Assembly: GCA_964019425.1 (NCBI GenBank) | Contig: OZ025786.1 | Span: 496,001-560,000, forward strand | Source of the DNA: Flectonema sp. DT1601 | Lineage: Eukaryota | Length of the DNA: 64,000 nucleotides | Reading direction: 5' to 3' | Part shown: positions 38,502 through 50,119 of the stretch, one piece after another | Layout of the letters: each line of letters starts with the position of its first letter | How positions within the stretch are numbered: the stretch's first letter is position 1 | Notes under the pieces: generated by a model | Database searches by the model: none | The model's input: the letters and a program-made list of their open reading frames with translations, nothing else | Told to the model about the DNA's origin: nothing | Made by a program: the position numbers and the translations under genes

Positions 38502-38866
38502 ATGATGAGGAGAATCGTGAAACAAGTCGCACCAGTTGCGACTAGTAGCTCTCGTAGATTTACTTCTTCAAAACCAACAATTGAAGAGCCACTTGACACA
38601 ATTGTGAAGAATGAAGTCGTACCTGCGCTTTCACGGTTAACAGTGAATTCATCCATTCCAAGTAAGCTCATGGTCGCGTTCTCTATTGTCGGAATGATCG
38701 GATGTTGGAGTACTGTGTATGTTAATGTGTTACTTTTTATGTGTTGTGTGTTGCATCATTCTGTCACTATCAATATAAAAAAACCAGCTTCGAAGCCGTC
38801 TACGACGCTTACAGCGATCCGAACTACGGAATGGAAGATGATGAGGATGAGGATGAAGACGAGTAA
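38502..38866 (+). CDS. Small (97 aa) single-TM protein with mitochondrial-like presequence and poly-acidic C-terminal tail
   Basis: Exons 38502-38716 and 38788-38866 (intron GTATGT..aaaccAG). Product: MMRRIVKQVAPVATSSSRRF...LMVAFSIVGMIGCWSTVFEAVYDAYSDPNYGMEDDEDEDEDE*. Confidence 0.72.
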
Positions 38867-39247
38867 ATGTTTAGTTAAAGTGATTAATTACCACTGCGGG
38901 CGCTTTCAAATCGCACAGCGTCGTACCATTTTAAGGTTTGAAATCTATAAGTTTGTTCTTAGTTATTTGTTCACTTGCCCCTCCCCAATTGGCCGATTTC
39001 ATTTTGTAAAATTAAAAACCCGAGTCTTGCACTCGTTTAGCTGTTATGAGAGTAAGATTGTGTTTGGTCGGAAAAAGATTTTTTTTAAAATTTTTTTTTG
39101 AGATTGTTCAGGTCTATAATACTAATGATTTATTGTAGTAATTGTTTTATTCGACTTCAACCAATCCCTTAAGTTACAGAATGACAATTACTATCTTACT
39201 TTCCCCCTTTCACAAGTGTACTAGCTAATGGAATAATAAATGGATAC

Positions 39248-41441
39248 ATGGATGAGCCCCCGCAATCTCCTTCGGAGACCCAACCACCGCACAACCGTCG
39301 GGTAGTTGATTGGGTGGTCTTGGGTACTGGGGGAACAGTTTATCTTTCAATGTTGGTGATATCAATAGCAACATGGAGAATAAAGAAAACTGGATACTAC
39401 CCCCTAGTAATTAGATACGTAGGTCTCACTTATGCAGTAGGCATCGGAGGGTTTTTATGGTTTGTGGCACAAGTTTCGGAACGACAATTACTGTTGCAGG
39501 ATGATATCTTAAAACCCAGTACTTTGAATTGTTGGATATTTTCATTATTTCGTTATCTTGGGATGGCGATATTCTTCAACAGTTTACTTACAAAACATTA
39601 CAAGCAGTACAAAAAATACGTTGAAGTCGAACGGTCTAGTCACTCTTGGTTAATGGTATTATGTCTGTCTTGCCCTTTCATTATTTTCATGTCAGTACCT
39701 GCGAGTGGTCTGTATCACAATGTACAAGTTAATAGTGAAACTGACTTGTGTGGTACCCCGAATGTAATGTGGCATATCCTAAGTTGTTATGTCGCAGCGT
39801 TATTATTGCCGTCAGCTGTTTTGTTAAATAGTCTGAGAGATCCTTCTGTGTTCTTTCCAAACTACAAGATAACTTGTGTAGAGCTCATTGGTATGTCTCT
39901 ATCTGCTATTTCACTCGTAGCAATGTCTTGGACTTGTGACGCTTCAGATATAAGCAATCCATCAGTGTTGGTGTCTGTTCACACTTTGTTAGGAACAATA
40001 TTCACTCCGGCAGCGTTGTTTCTTATTGTTGTAGTTGAACCTCTCTACAAGTACAAAATGAATGACGCTCAGTACGTTCACTTAATAGAAGAAAAAATGA
40101 GAGTTCACGAAGCTCTCCCGTCCCTCGCTGAAAATGACAGGGGTCTGTTATTTTCAAGTCAAAACTACGCTCTGTTCGAAGTAGAGCATCTGGCTGTTTG
40201 CGTTGAGACTGGAGAAGCAGAAGAAGTAAAGAAATATCTCGCACAAACTAATTTATTAAACCTGAATATACCCGATAAGGAAGGAATGACTGCCTTACAC
40301 AGAGCTATTAGAAATAGGAATATAGAAATAGCTGAGCTTCTGTTAGACTTGGAAGCATCACCAAGTGTTGCTGATGGAGATGGATTGTACCCTCTTCATG
40401 TTGCAGCTCGAAGAGGTCATGTTGAAGGGATATTTTTGTTACATCAGTTCGGAGCTGATATAAATGTGTCGACTGTTTTTGGAATTACTCCACTTCACAT
40501 TGCTATTGAGTATCGTCAGATGGGTGCGATTGCTCTCCTTCTCAGACTTGGTTCTGATGTTCTTGTTAATAACTTTTCAAAACATCAATGCCCCAACCCC
40601 TGGAATTGGGATGAAGTCCATATAAATGGTCGTGGTTGGATGAGAACTTATCATAAAACTCCCCTCATACTCGCATGTGAGTTCGGATACAAAGATATTG
40701 TTTGTTTTTTATTAGAAACTTCCGATGTTAAAGCTGATCATCCATGCAATCATGGATGGACTCCTCTTCAGTTGTGCTGTGCATTGGGTCACAGCTCCAT
40801 AGTCGAATACCTCCTCTCTCTTCCGGACAATAAAACAAAACTCACATATGAAAATCCTAAAGATAAGCGGAATGCGTTTCACTACGCTGCGATATTTGGA
40901 AAACATGAGGTATGTGTTGGTTGTTGTTTTTTTTTGTTATGCAGTTTTTTTTTTGAAATAATTAAATAAAATTTTTAATAATAATTAACAGTGTCTTAAG
41001 AAGTTAATTAGTCACTTCTATGATAGTGGTGCATCACCACCGAGACATCGAGCGGCCATACCAAAATTTGACATCCAAACAAGTCAACAGAACAGCGGAG
41101 ATATCGCCGCGAGTATTCTTTCATCAAACAGCTCTGATGCTAATGTTGTTGGTATTGGAGGAAGGAGACGAGCACAGCTTGACAGCATGCTAAACGCGCA
41201 AGACTACATGGGAAGAACACCTTTACACTATTCTGTAATTAACTGTCACATTCAAGCTACTAGAGAATTGCTATTAGAGATGGCTGATTCATCGACACCT
41301 GACTTCGTAAACATGGAACCCAAAGATGTTACTCAACCCCGTGTCATAACAACCTCAAAGGGACTCACAGCAGTAGAATATGCGAAGCTATGTTCTCACA
41401 CACAAATGATATCTCTCTTTGAGAGGCTTCCTGTAACATAG
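39248..41441 (+). CDS. Multi-pass (~7 TM) membrane protein fused to ankyrin repeats
   Basis: About seven hydrophobic segments in aa 20-265, then GMTALHRA, YPLHVAA, ITPLHIA, TPLILAC, WTPLQLC, RTPLHYS. Intron 40910-40991 joins the 41187 ORF in frame. Confidence 0.85.
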
Positions 41442-42421
41442 TAACTGAGAATTTTAGCACAACGCTTTTTTGTTTAAACCATATATAGTACCATACGTGA
41501 CTATAGTTAATAAGCTTTTCTGGTACTAGCGCCAATGGAGATCTTTGTTGTAGAATTTCACTTTCCTTTTTGTGTTTTTTTTTTTTTTTTTTTTTTTTTT
41601 TGTTGTTGTTGTTTCTCAATATACGTTTTTTAGAGGGGAAAAAAAAAAAAAAAAGACGTCGTGAAGGTATGGCTGAGGTGATTGTCTTGTGTTTTTTATT
41701 TTTTTTTTTTTATTCTCCATACTGTGCGATTGAAGACCCACCGTCCCCACTCTCACTGGATATAGTTACTTTTGAATTCAGCATGGGCACTCAACCTGTA
41801 CATAGCCCCCGAATCCCATATTCAATAGCTCGTATGGGATTAATCGATACCAACTGTTGGTCTTTTTTACAAGACAACCAGGTGTTTGGTTGTATCTTTA
41901 TTTTAGTTTTAGCCGGTCAACCCATCCCCCCCATCCCCCACTGGATATATTCATCTTTGAATTCGTGGCAATACTGCGTTGTTTATATTTTTAGATACTT
42001 ATTATTAAAATTGCCAAACAAAAAAAAAAAAATTTGCGTTGCTATAAACTACTAACCATGATAAGCCTCTCATCGCGTCCTTTGGACGCATTTATGATTT
42101 CTTTATCGGGAATTTGTAGTTGGCATTCTTTTTTATTTTATTCTTTGTTCTATTTCTTACTATTTTTATTTATTTTTCTTTTTTTTTCAGTCATTTTTGT
42201 TGCGCTCAATTTCTGACTTGCCATATTCTGTTGTTACCTGACGTACTTTGATTTGTGATATATGAACAACCACCAAGAACGACACCTGCCACAACTAGTA
42301 CGTAAAGGCGTACGTGTTGGTTCTCCTGTACATTCGGACTTACATTTGGGTTAGCAATGCTTGTCTACCCATTTTGATGTGTAAGTACCAAGTGCAAAGT
42401 GTATTATTGAGAAATTGAAGG

Positions 42422-42523
<102 letters not shown>

Positions 42524-42758
42524 AGAACGTATGAAAAATTAAAAAAAAAAAAAAAAGTCACGTCATTCCCTCCCTGTTTCCCCCCACTGTGGAATAGTAG
42601 TTTTTTATTTGAATTATAAAGAAGAAAGCATGTTGTGTAAGTACTGATATTTATGTATTCTTATGAGTCCTTGCGAAGTAACTGATTAAGGGCAATCTAA
42701 TATTAAAGTGGATTACAATCATTTATTTCAGTCATTGAAAAGGACAACAAATAAAAGG

Positions 42759-43868
42759 ATGGGTCGAGACGATAGGCGCGACAGAGATCGAGAGCGAGGA
42801 AGACAGCAACGTCCGCGGGATAGCAGAAAAATTAGAAAGAGAGACTCGTACTCTAGCAGTAGCAGCAGCAGCAGTATCAGCACGAGAAGTTCAGAAGCCG
42901 ATAGAAGGAGGAAGAGAAAGGAAAAGAGAGATGAGAAAGGATCAAAATGGGGGCTAACTTCAGCACCAGATGCAGTACCACCACCAGAAGCATTCGGAAA
43001 AACTGCAGAGACTGCTCGATCATTGTACCTCGCTGGTACTTCAAAGCAATTAGAAAGAAGTTCTCTTCATGATGAGATTCACCTTTCAGGAAACACCGCG
43101 AGAATTGCAATGATGCAAAAACTCCAAGTAAGAGATCAAGGACCAGGTATTAAACAATACATTCCAACTGTTGGTGTTGCTCCACTTGTTCAACCACATC
43201 AACAAAAGAAGAAGACAACAAATCCTTTAATGGACGGAGACTGTTCCTTTGATCGAGGATACGCACGCAAACCTACAGCAAAACCAGTAGTTAGAGAAGA
43301 GTTACCAAAGCACCCAGCTGAGAAGCAACCATCTGCTAAGAGAAAGGTTGTGTTGTTAGTTCCAAGTGATAAGTGTGGAATATTAATTGGTAAGGCAGGT
43401 AAGAATCACGCAGCGTTAGAAGCCAAGTACGGCTGCACTATTGTTATTCCGAATATGGACACCTCAGCGCAGGCGAAGATAACAGTTTCGGGGAATGCGA
43501 TTTCTGTGGAAGGCGCCAAACGTGACATTGAATTGATGGTTGGAATTCAAATAACAAAAACCTTCAGCGACACCTTAGAATCTTCTAATGTTATCTCACT
43601 AACTAATATGGTTTTAGACCCAGATGATCTCGATGAAGAAATTGTGAACTCAGTCCGTTCTGAATGCGCCCGTTTCGGTACTGTTAAAAACATCCTAGTC
43701 TACGATGAACGTCAAAACAATGGCCAATTAGTAACAATGATATTGGTACAATTCGCCTCACCTGATGAAGCTCAAGCTGCACTCAAAGTTATGGATGGCA
43801 GACGCTTTGATGGCAGAGTTGTTGCCTGCGTCTGCTACAGCGAAGATGAGTTTCTTAAAATTCTATAA
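42759..43868 (+). CDS. PUF60-like splicing factor: RD/RS-rich N-terminus, KH domain, C-terminal UHM-type RRM
   Basis: First ATG at 42759. IHLSGNTARIAMMQKL; KH motif GILIGKAGKN; UHM VISLTNMV..DLDEEI..VRSECARFGTV..MDGRRFDGRVV. Confidence 0.75.
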   Translation: MGRDDRRDRDRERGRQQRPRDSRKIRKRDSYSSSSSSSSISTRSSEADRRRKRKEKRDEKGSKWGLTSAPDAVPPPEAFGKTAETARSLYLAGTSKQLERSSLHDEIHLSGNTARIAMMQKLQVRDQGPGIKQYIPTVGVAPLVQPHQQKKKTTNPLMDGDCSFDRGYARKPTAKPVVREELPKHPAEKQPSAKRKVVLLVPSDKCGILIGKAGKNHAALEAKYGCTIVIPNMDTSAQAKITVSGNAISVEGAKRDIELMVGIQITKTFSDTLESSNVISLTNMVLDPDDLDEEIVNSVRSECARFGTVKNILVYDERQNNGQLVTMILVQFASPDEAQAALKVMDGRRFDGRVVACVCYSEDEFLKIL

Positions 43869-44060
43869 TTCTCCCTTTGTATGGGGTGTTAATATAATAA
43901 TTCATGCTACACATCAAATAGCAATTACTGAGACTTGTGTCAATCACACAGAACAATATGATAACTTCCTGATGTGGATGTTATTCTTTTTAATTTATTT
44001 AACATCTTACTTTAATTTTATGTCAGTTATCACGGGGGGAGGAGAGGTGAAAACTAATAA

Positions 44061-47000
44061 ATGCGACGCCAATGTATAAAGATGCTTGCAAAGGGGAATA
44101 GTGTTGGACTTCAAAAAAGGTTCTCCCAAAATAGTGGAATTGAGTTTACTGATTTGGAATTAGAAGGGGGACAGTTTTTGGACATGTTTGAGAGTACCCC
44201 GTCTTTTGATGAGGAAAGGAAGAAGACAACAGTAGTGACCCCAAAGGTACCAGCAGTTACTCCAGAGCCCACTCCTCAACCTGAGGTTGTAAAGGAGAAT
44301 AAGATTCAGCCAAAGAAAGTTCCAAAAAGACCATCTTTCAAAACCTTTGACGCGCCTCCTCCATCGACCAAGAGTAGTGGAGGCACCTTTCATGAAGCCC
44401 CGCCACCACCGAAGGCTGATATGGACCAGAGGCAACAACAACAGCAGCGAAGACCATCTAGAGTCGCCCCCCAGGTGCAGGCAGTTGCTCACTCGCCACC
44501 ACCGCATCAGCCAGGTGAAGACCATTTTCACTTTCCACCATCGCCTCCGGATAGTAAAAAGGAAGATGTGCACACTCCTCCTCGTAGTGACCACGAAAGT
44601 CCTCAGCAACTACCTCCACCTCCGGAAATAAAAAAGGAAGATGTGCACACTCCTCCTCGTAGTGACCACGAAAGTCCTCAGCAACTACCTCCACCTCCGG
44701 AAATAAAAAAGGAAGATGTGCACACTCCTCCTCGTAGTGACCACGAAAGTCCTCAGCAACTACCTCCACCTCCGGAAATAAAAAAGGAAGATGTGCACAC
44801 CCCTCCTGCTAGTGACCACGTACCTTCCCAGCAACCACCTCCCCCTCCTTCGGGCCACTCAGTTACTCCTGCCCAGCCATCAGCTGTTGTTGAGGAAGTG
44901 CCTCCTCCTCCTACTGTGACAGCTCCTAAGGAAGCTCCATCTGTTGGTGTTGAAGAACGTTCTCTTCCCCCACCTCCGCTGTCATCTCAAACGATCATCT
45001 CTACTGGTGTACCACCACCATCTGTTGCAGATGCACAACCACCTCTACCTCCACCACCAATGTCATCAACAGCTTCACCCACGGCTACTGGAAATGTTTC
45101 AACTTCGGTTACACCTCCACCTTCAGCAACAATCACTTCGGCTGTTGGGGATGCTCAGCCTCCACCGCCTTCAGCAACAACTACTACTTCAGCTATTGAG
45201 GATGCTCCGCCTCCACCACCTTCAGCGACAACCACTTCAGCTGCTGAGGATGCTCCGCCTCCACCACCTTCAGCAACAACTACCTCAGCTTTTGGGGATG
45301 CTCCGCCTCCACCGCCTTCAGCAACAACCACTACTTCAGCTATTGAGGATGCTCCGCCTCCACCACCTTCAGCAACAACCACTACTTCAGCTCCGCCTCC
45401 ACCACCTTCAGCGACAACCACTTCAGCTGTTGGGGATGCTCAGCCTCCACCACCTTCAGCAACAACCACTTCGGCTGCTGAGGATGCTCCGCCTCCGCCA
45501 CCTTCAGCGACAACCACTTCAGCTGCTGAGGATGCTCCGCCTCCACCACCTTCAGCGACAACCACTTCAGCTGTTGGGGATGCTCCGCCTCCGCCACCTT
45601 CAGCAACAACCACCTCAGCTGTTGGGGATGCTCAGCCTCCACCACCTTCAGCAACAACCACTTCGGCTGCTGAGGATGCTCCGCCTCCGCCACCTTCAGC
45701 GACAACCACTTCAGCTGCTGAGGATGCTCCGCCTCCGCCACCTTCAGCAACAACCACCTCAGCTGTTGGGGATGCTCAGCCTCCACCACCTTCAGCAACA
45801 ACCACTTCAGCTGCTGAGGATGCTCCGCCTCCACCACCTTCAGCGACAACCACTTCAGCTGCTGAGGATGCTCCGCCTCCTCTACCTTCAGCTTCAGCTG
45901 CTGAGGATGTTCCGCCTCCACCGCCTTCAGCAACAACCACTTCAGCTGTTGAGGATGTTCCGCCTCCGCCTCCACCGCCTTCAGCAACAACCACTTCAGT
46001 TGTTGAGGATGTTCCTCCGCCTCCTCCACCTTCAGCAACAACCACTTCAGCCGCCAAGGGAACGGTGTGGGGCAGTCTGAAAAGCAAAAAGCAGAAAACA
46101 GAACAAGTACAGAAGAGAGCTGTATTCAAGGCGAAGGCAGACCCGCAAAAGAAGGAAGCTGAGTTAGCATCTGAAGAAGTGCAGAAAACAGCAGCCGAAG
46201 CGACACTTCTGAAGGAAGACGTAAAGGACGTAGAAAAGGTCGACAAAACAACGGATGGTGAGGGTTTGAAAAAGACGTTGAATGCGACACTTCCGGAAGA
46301 AGACGTCAAAATCGTTGCAGAGAATGATAAACCGGAAAGAGTTTCAGAACCCGTATCTTCATCAGTCGAGGACAAGGTCATTAAGAAGTCGACAATGGAA
46401 CAAAATGAGGAATCTCTTCCATTGCAACAGGAAAAGGATATAGTACAAAAGGGAATGGAGGCAACGAAATTAAAAATGGCTGCGGAAACTGTTGAAAGAC
46501 GTAAAAAACAAACAGCTCCAACACCACCACCGACATCAACTGATACAGAAACTGAAAGTAACAAAACTAAAGATGAGGGGACAGAAGTCGCAATATTAGA
46601 AAAAACTATTCAAATCTATAAGGGAATTACACTCTTCCTCTTCATGATTATTATTATTTCATTCGTATGTTCGTTCACAATGTTTAACGCAATAAATAAT
46701 AGTCTACATGTTCGAAAGAAAATAAACACACAAAAACAGGGAAATTTCAGTTCATCTTCTGGGAAACCGGAAATGCCAATACTTGAGAGCAGTGATAAAC
46801 CAGATGATGAAACAAACGACGCAAAGGAAGCTGATAAATCTAAACCTGTGATTTCAGAAGCGCAAATGGCACTACGGACTGCAGATGAGATGGCAGTACA
46901 GGAGTTTGAAGCCAGCAAGGTATATTTTAAAAAAAAGAATTTTCTTTTTTTTTTTTAGAAAAAAAAAAACCAATATTAAAAACAAAAATACAAACAGACA

Positions 47001-47066
47001 CTGCTACCTCTGGTATTATATACGATCCCAGCAGTTAAAATTATATGCTCCTTATGGGGAGGGTAG
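44061..47066 (+). CDS. Proline-rich repeat protein with Arg-rich (mitochondrial-like) N-terminus and C-terminal TM segment(s)
   Basis: Long ORF; TM ITLFLFMIIIISF. Predicted introns 46665-46739 and 46920-46997; last exon TLLPLVLYTIPAVKIICSLWGG*. Confidence 0.7.
44556..44820 (+). repeat. 75-bp (25-aa) coding tandem repeat x~3.5 (KKEDVHTPPRSDHESPQQLPPPPEI)
   Basis: ggaagatgtgcacac recurs at 75-bp spacing. Confidence 0.92.
45115..46050 (+). repeat. ~48-51-bp coding minisatellite (PPPPSATTTSAAEDA)n
   Basis: Directly visible; all length variants preserve the frame. Confidence 0.92.
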
Positions 47067-47434
47067 ACATAAGTTATTGGTGTGCTGCCTTAAACATTCT
47101 CTGCAGTGGAAATCACTGTTGGAGACCAGTTATGTTTCTTTCTCAGAAACCATCTGATTTTGATTTTTGATATTTGGCAATTTTTCGACAATCGCAGTGT
47201 TGCTCAAGTCCAATAGTGTCAACAACGATTTTACGATACGATCATTATAAATCACTTATAGAAATAGTCGCTAAACATATTTCTTTTATATCAGTACATT
47301 AGAAGGGAAATGTTGAGGGAGGTTGTGGTGTTGTAGTTTTTAATAACCGTGATGTGATATGCATGGTTACTCAACTTGTTGATTGTTTTCTTTTAAAATT
47401 ATCTTCCAGCAGTTTAAACAAAATCGAATATCCG

Positions 47435-49540
47435 ATGAAGCTGCCCGGATTGGACTTGCAATTCACTGGTGGGAGTGGGCGGAGAAACTTAGCGTCTCCG
47501 CAGCCACCAACCAGAAGGCAACGAACGATGAGCGCGCGTTGTGTTCCGAGGAGAGAAATGAGTTGGTCTCCAGCAACACCACAAGCGACAAGAAAGCACA
47601 GCGCACAATCACGGAGGGCAAATTCGAAAGCTGCGGGAAGAGAACGAAGGCCACTTTGCGACACCGGAAAAGCTGTCAGCGGGTCCGCTTTATTAGCAAA
47701 GAGAGGATCACCGAGTCCAAATATTAGAACAAGAAGCGTAGGACTCTCACCCTCAGCAACCAGACGAAGAGTTGCTAATGTCACTCCAAAGGCACCTAAA
47801 CGTAAACACCTTTCTGATGCAACAACTCGTCTTCTTGATAGTATTCTTTCTGAACTAAAACAACGAGATAGGACAACAACTCCTACCGTTAGCAGTTATA
47901 ACATCGATAAAGCTCCGAGAACACCCCGAGCAAGGACACCAAGTAGACTAAGCGGATCTAATTACAATCAACGGGAGAGTAGATCTCCGCATCAATTGTA
48001 TAGTAGAAAACCTCCAATGCTGTCATCTATTTCACAGAGCCCGACAAGGCAAAAGGGAAATTATGCTTCAGCAGTGATGCCGTCACCACGTCATGGATCT
48101 CCATTTCCACCTGTTTCGACACCAAGAAGGCCTTCAGTTAGAGAGCGGGGGAACTCTGCTAACCTACCTGTCCCAAGTCATATTAGTAATTTAAAATGTA
48201 CCTGGTCTGCTCCTGGTCAAGAACAATCTGATTATGGAAATGGAGGATACCTTCGAGTTCATCGAGGAATGAGAATGGGTACAGATGGAAGATATCACTT
48301 AATAAGTAAACTTGGTTGGGGTGAATTCAGTACCGTTTGGTTGGCCTATGATGAACAAGCAGATATTTCTGAAGGTGATTGCGCCAACATACAATTTGTA
48401 GCGATAAAGATTTCAAAATGTGGAAGTAGTGTTTTATCAAGTACAAAGGATGAAGTGACACTTTTAAAACATATTTCTAAACATGTTCCAAAGTCACAAT
48501 CAAGTCAACTCACCACCTTACTGGATGCCTTTGAACACAATGGAAACCATGGAATTCATATATGCATGGTACTTCCTGTCTTAGGTCAAAATATACTTTG
48601 TCTTGTTGAACAAGGTCACCGTCATAAAATTTCAATTGAAACAGCTTCTAGTAGAGGCAGACGTACTTCTGAAGACTTACACTTCGTTAAACAAACTATC
48701 AGAGATACTCTACGGGGTCTTGCTGCACTAAATAGGATTCACGTTGTGCACACAGATTTGAAACCTGAAAACATTTTATTATCATCTGTTAGTCAAAGAG
48801 TTAGAAAAGAGATGAGAGCATACCAAGACTCAATGACTCATAACGGTAAGAAGTGGAGTAAATGGCAGCTTGTTGATACTTCAGAAGCAGGTTCTGGAAG
48901 TCAGAGTGCTGGTGCTCCGAAAGTTAAAGTTTCTGACTTTGGATTATCGTTCTTGTTGGATCCGAAATATTCAGGAAGTAATTCCACCTTTACTTATTCA
49001 AATAAGATTGATGTCAATCAACCAGGTATAGCTGTCAATAAGAATGGCGTAACAATGCAAACACGAGAATATCGCGCACCTGAAGTCATCAACGGAGCAG
49101 ACTTCACCTGCACAACCGACGTTTGGTCGGTTGGTTGCATTGCTTATGAACTTGTGACGGGTAACTTTTTGATGGATCCAAAGAAGTCACTTTCAAGTAA
49201 TAGTCCTCCAAAACCTGAAGATGAAATAAACATTGATCATTGGTGTATGATTCAACAATTACTGTCAGGTAGGGTTAATCCTTCTATTCCAAAAGGAAAG
49301 TACACGAAGCGTTACTTTCATTCTGATGGTCGCTTTCGTCACAACAGCCGCATGGCTGCGAGGTACAATCGCAGAAATCTAGAAGCTGAGTTGCAGAAAT
49401 TTCTGCCTGCCTCAGAAGTTCAAGATTTCACATCATTTGTGTACACCTGTTTGGGAACTCAAAACCCGATGGAAAGACCAACAGCTGAAGCCTGCCTCAG
49501 ACATCCATGGCTTCAAACTGATGCTTGTAGAAGACTTTAG
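47435..49540 (+). CDS. SRPK-like serine/arginine protein kinase with long basic disordered N-terminus
   Basis: EQSDYGNGGYLRV, KLGWGEFSTVWLA, VAIK, HGIHICMV, HTDLKPEN, DFG, QTREYRAPEV. ATG at 47435 is my preferred start. Confidence 0.88.
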   Translation: MKLPGLDLQFTGGSGRRNLASPQPPTRRQRTMSARCVPRREMSWSPATPQATRKHSAQSRRANSKAAGRERRPLCDTGKAVSGSALLAKRGSPSPNIRTRSVGLSPSATRRRVANVTPKAPKRKHLSDATTRLLDSILSELKQRDRTTTPTVSSYNIDKAPRTPRARTPSRLSGSNYNQRESRSPHQLYSRKPPMLSSISQSPTRQKGNYASAVMPSPRHGSPFPPVSTPRRPSVRERGNSANLPVPSHISNLKCTWSAPGQEQSDYGNGGYLRVHRGMRMGTDGRYHLISKLGWGEFSTVWLAYDEQADISEGDCANIQFVAIKISKCGSSVLSSTKDEVTLLKHISKHVPKSQSSQLTTLLDAFEHNGNHGIHICMVLPVLGQNILCLVEQGHRHKISIETASSRGRRTSEDLHFVKQTIRDTLRGLAALNRIHVVHTDLKPENILLSSVSQRVRKEMRAYQDSMTHNGKKWSKWQLVDTSEAGSGSQSAGAPKVKVSDFGLSFLLDPKYSGSNSTFTYSNKIDVNQPGIAVNKNGVTMQTREYRAPEVINGADFTCTTDVWSVGCIAYELVTGNFLMDPKKSLSSNSPPKPEDEINIDHWCMIQQLLSGRVNPSIPKGKYTKRYFHSDGRFRHNSRMAARYNRRNLEAELQKFLPASEVQDFTSFVYTCLGTQNPMERPTAEACLRHPWLQTDACRRL

Positions 49541-50119
49541 TTATGTTATTCGATTGTTTTTTAGGTTAAAATAATAATAAGAAGAGGAAGAACGGTTTTT
49601 TTTATATATTTTTTTACTATTGTGCGATATTAGTGTTGTCATCAACACGTACCGATCTTTTTTTGTATTGTAGATGTTTTTCTTTTTTACCCCGTGTCAT
49701 ATAGTCCTTTCTTTGTTATCTTTTGCTCAAAAAAAATGCATCCATCAGACTCCTTGAGTTTTATGGTACTGCTTGGTGGTAAGCTCTATTAAGGTACTTT
49801 GGTGGACTCGCTATCTTCTTTGCAGTAATTTGCTTTTTTTGATCTTTTGCAATTATTTTCGGCAATAGAATTTTTTTTTTTTTTATGAAAAAAAAAGCCC
49901 CCCCCCACTCATCCCAATCTTCCCTTCACATAGTATTGTAATTTAATTGTACTTTCGTTCGTAGTTTTTCACAAATTCCCCTTGTAACTCAAAAAAAAAA
50001 AAAAAAAAAGTTTAGTTTTTCCTCCATTGTACCTTCCTTTGTATGTTTTTGGTTTCAAATTAATTTTAACAAAATAATGATCTCTAAACAGGAAAAAATA
50101 ATTTAAAATAAATAAATAA

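Noticed and set aside
38788..39101. C-terminal part of the 232-aa ORF 38403-39101 as given in the track
   Set aside because: The ORF runs through a consensus intron; the spliced frame ending at 38866 is more plausible.
44944..46080. 378-aa L/Q/H-rich overlapping ORF and antisense ORFs
   Set aside because: Alternate-frame readings of the Pro-rich minisatellite.
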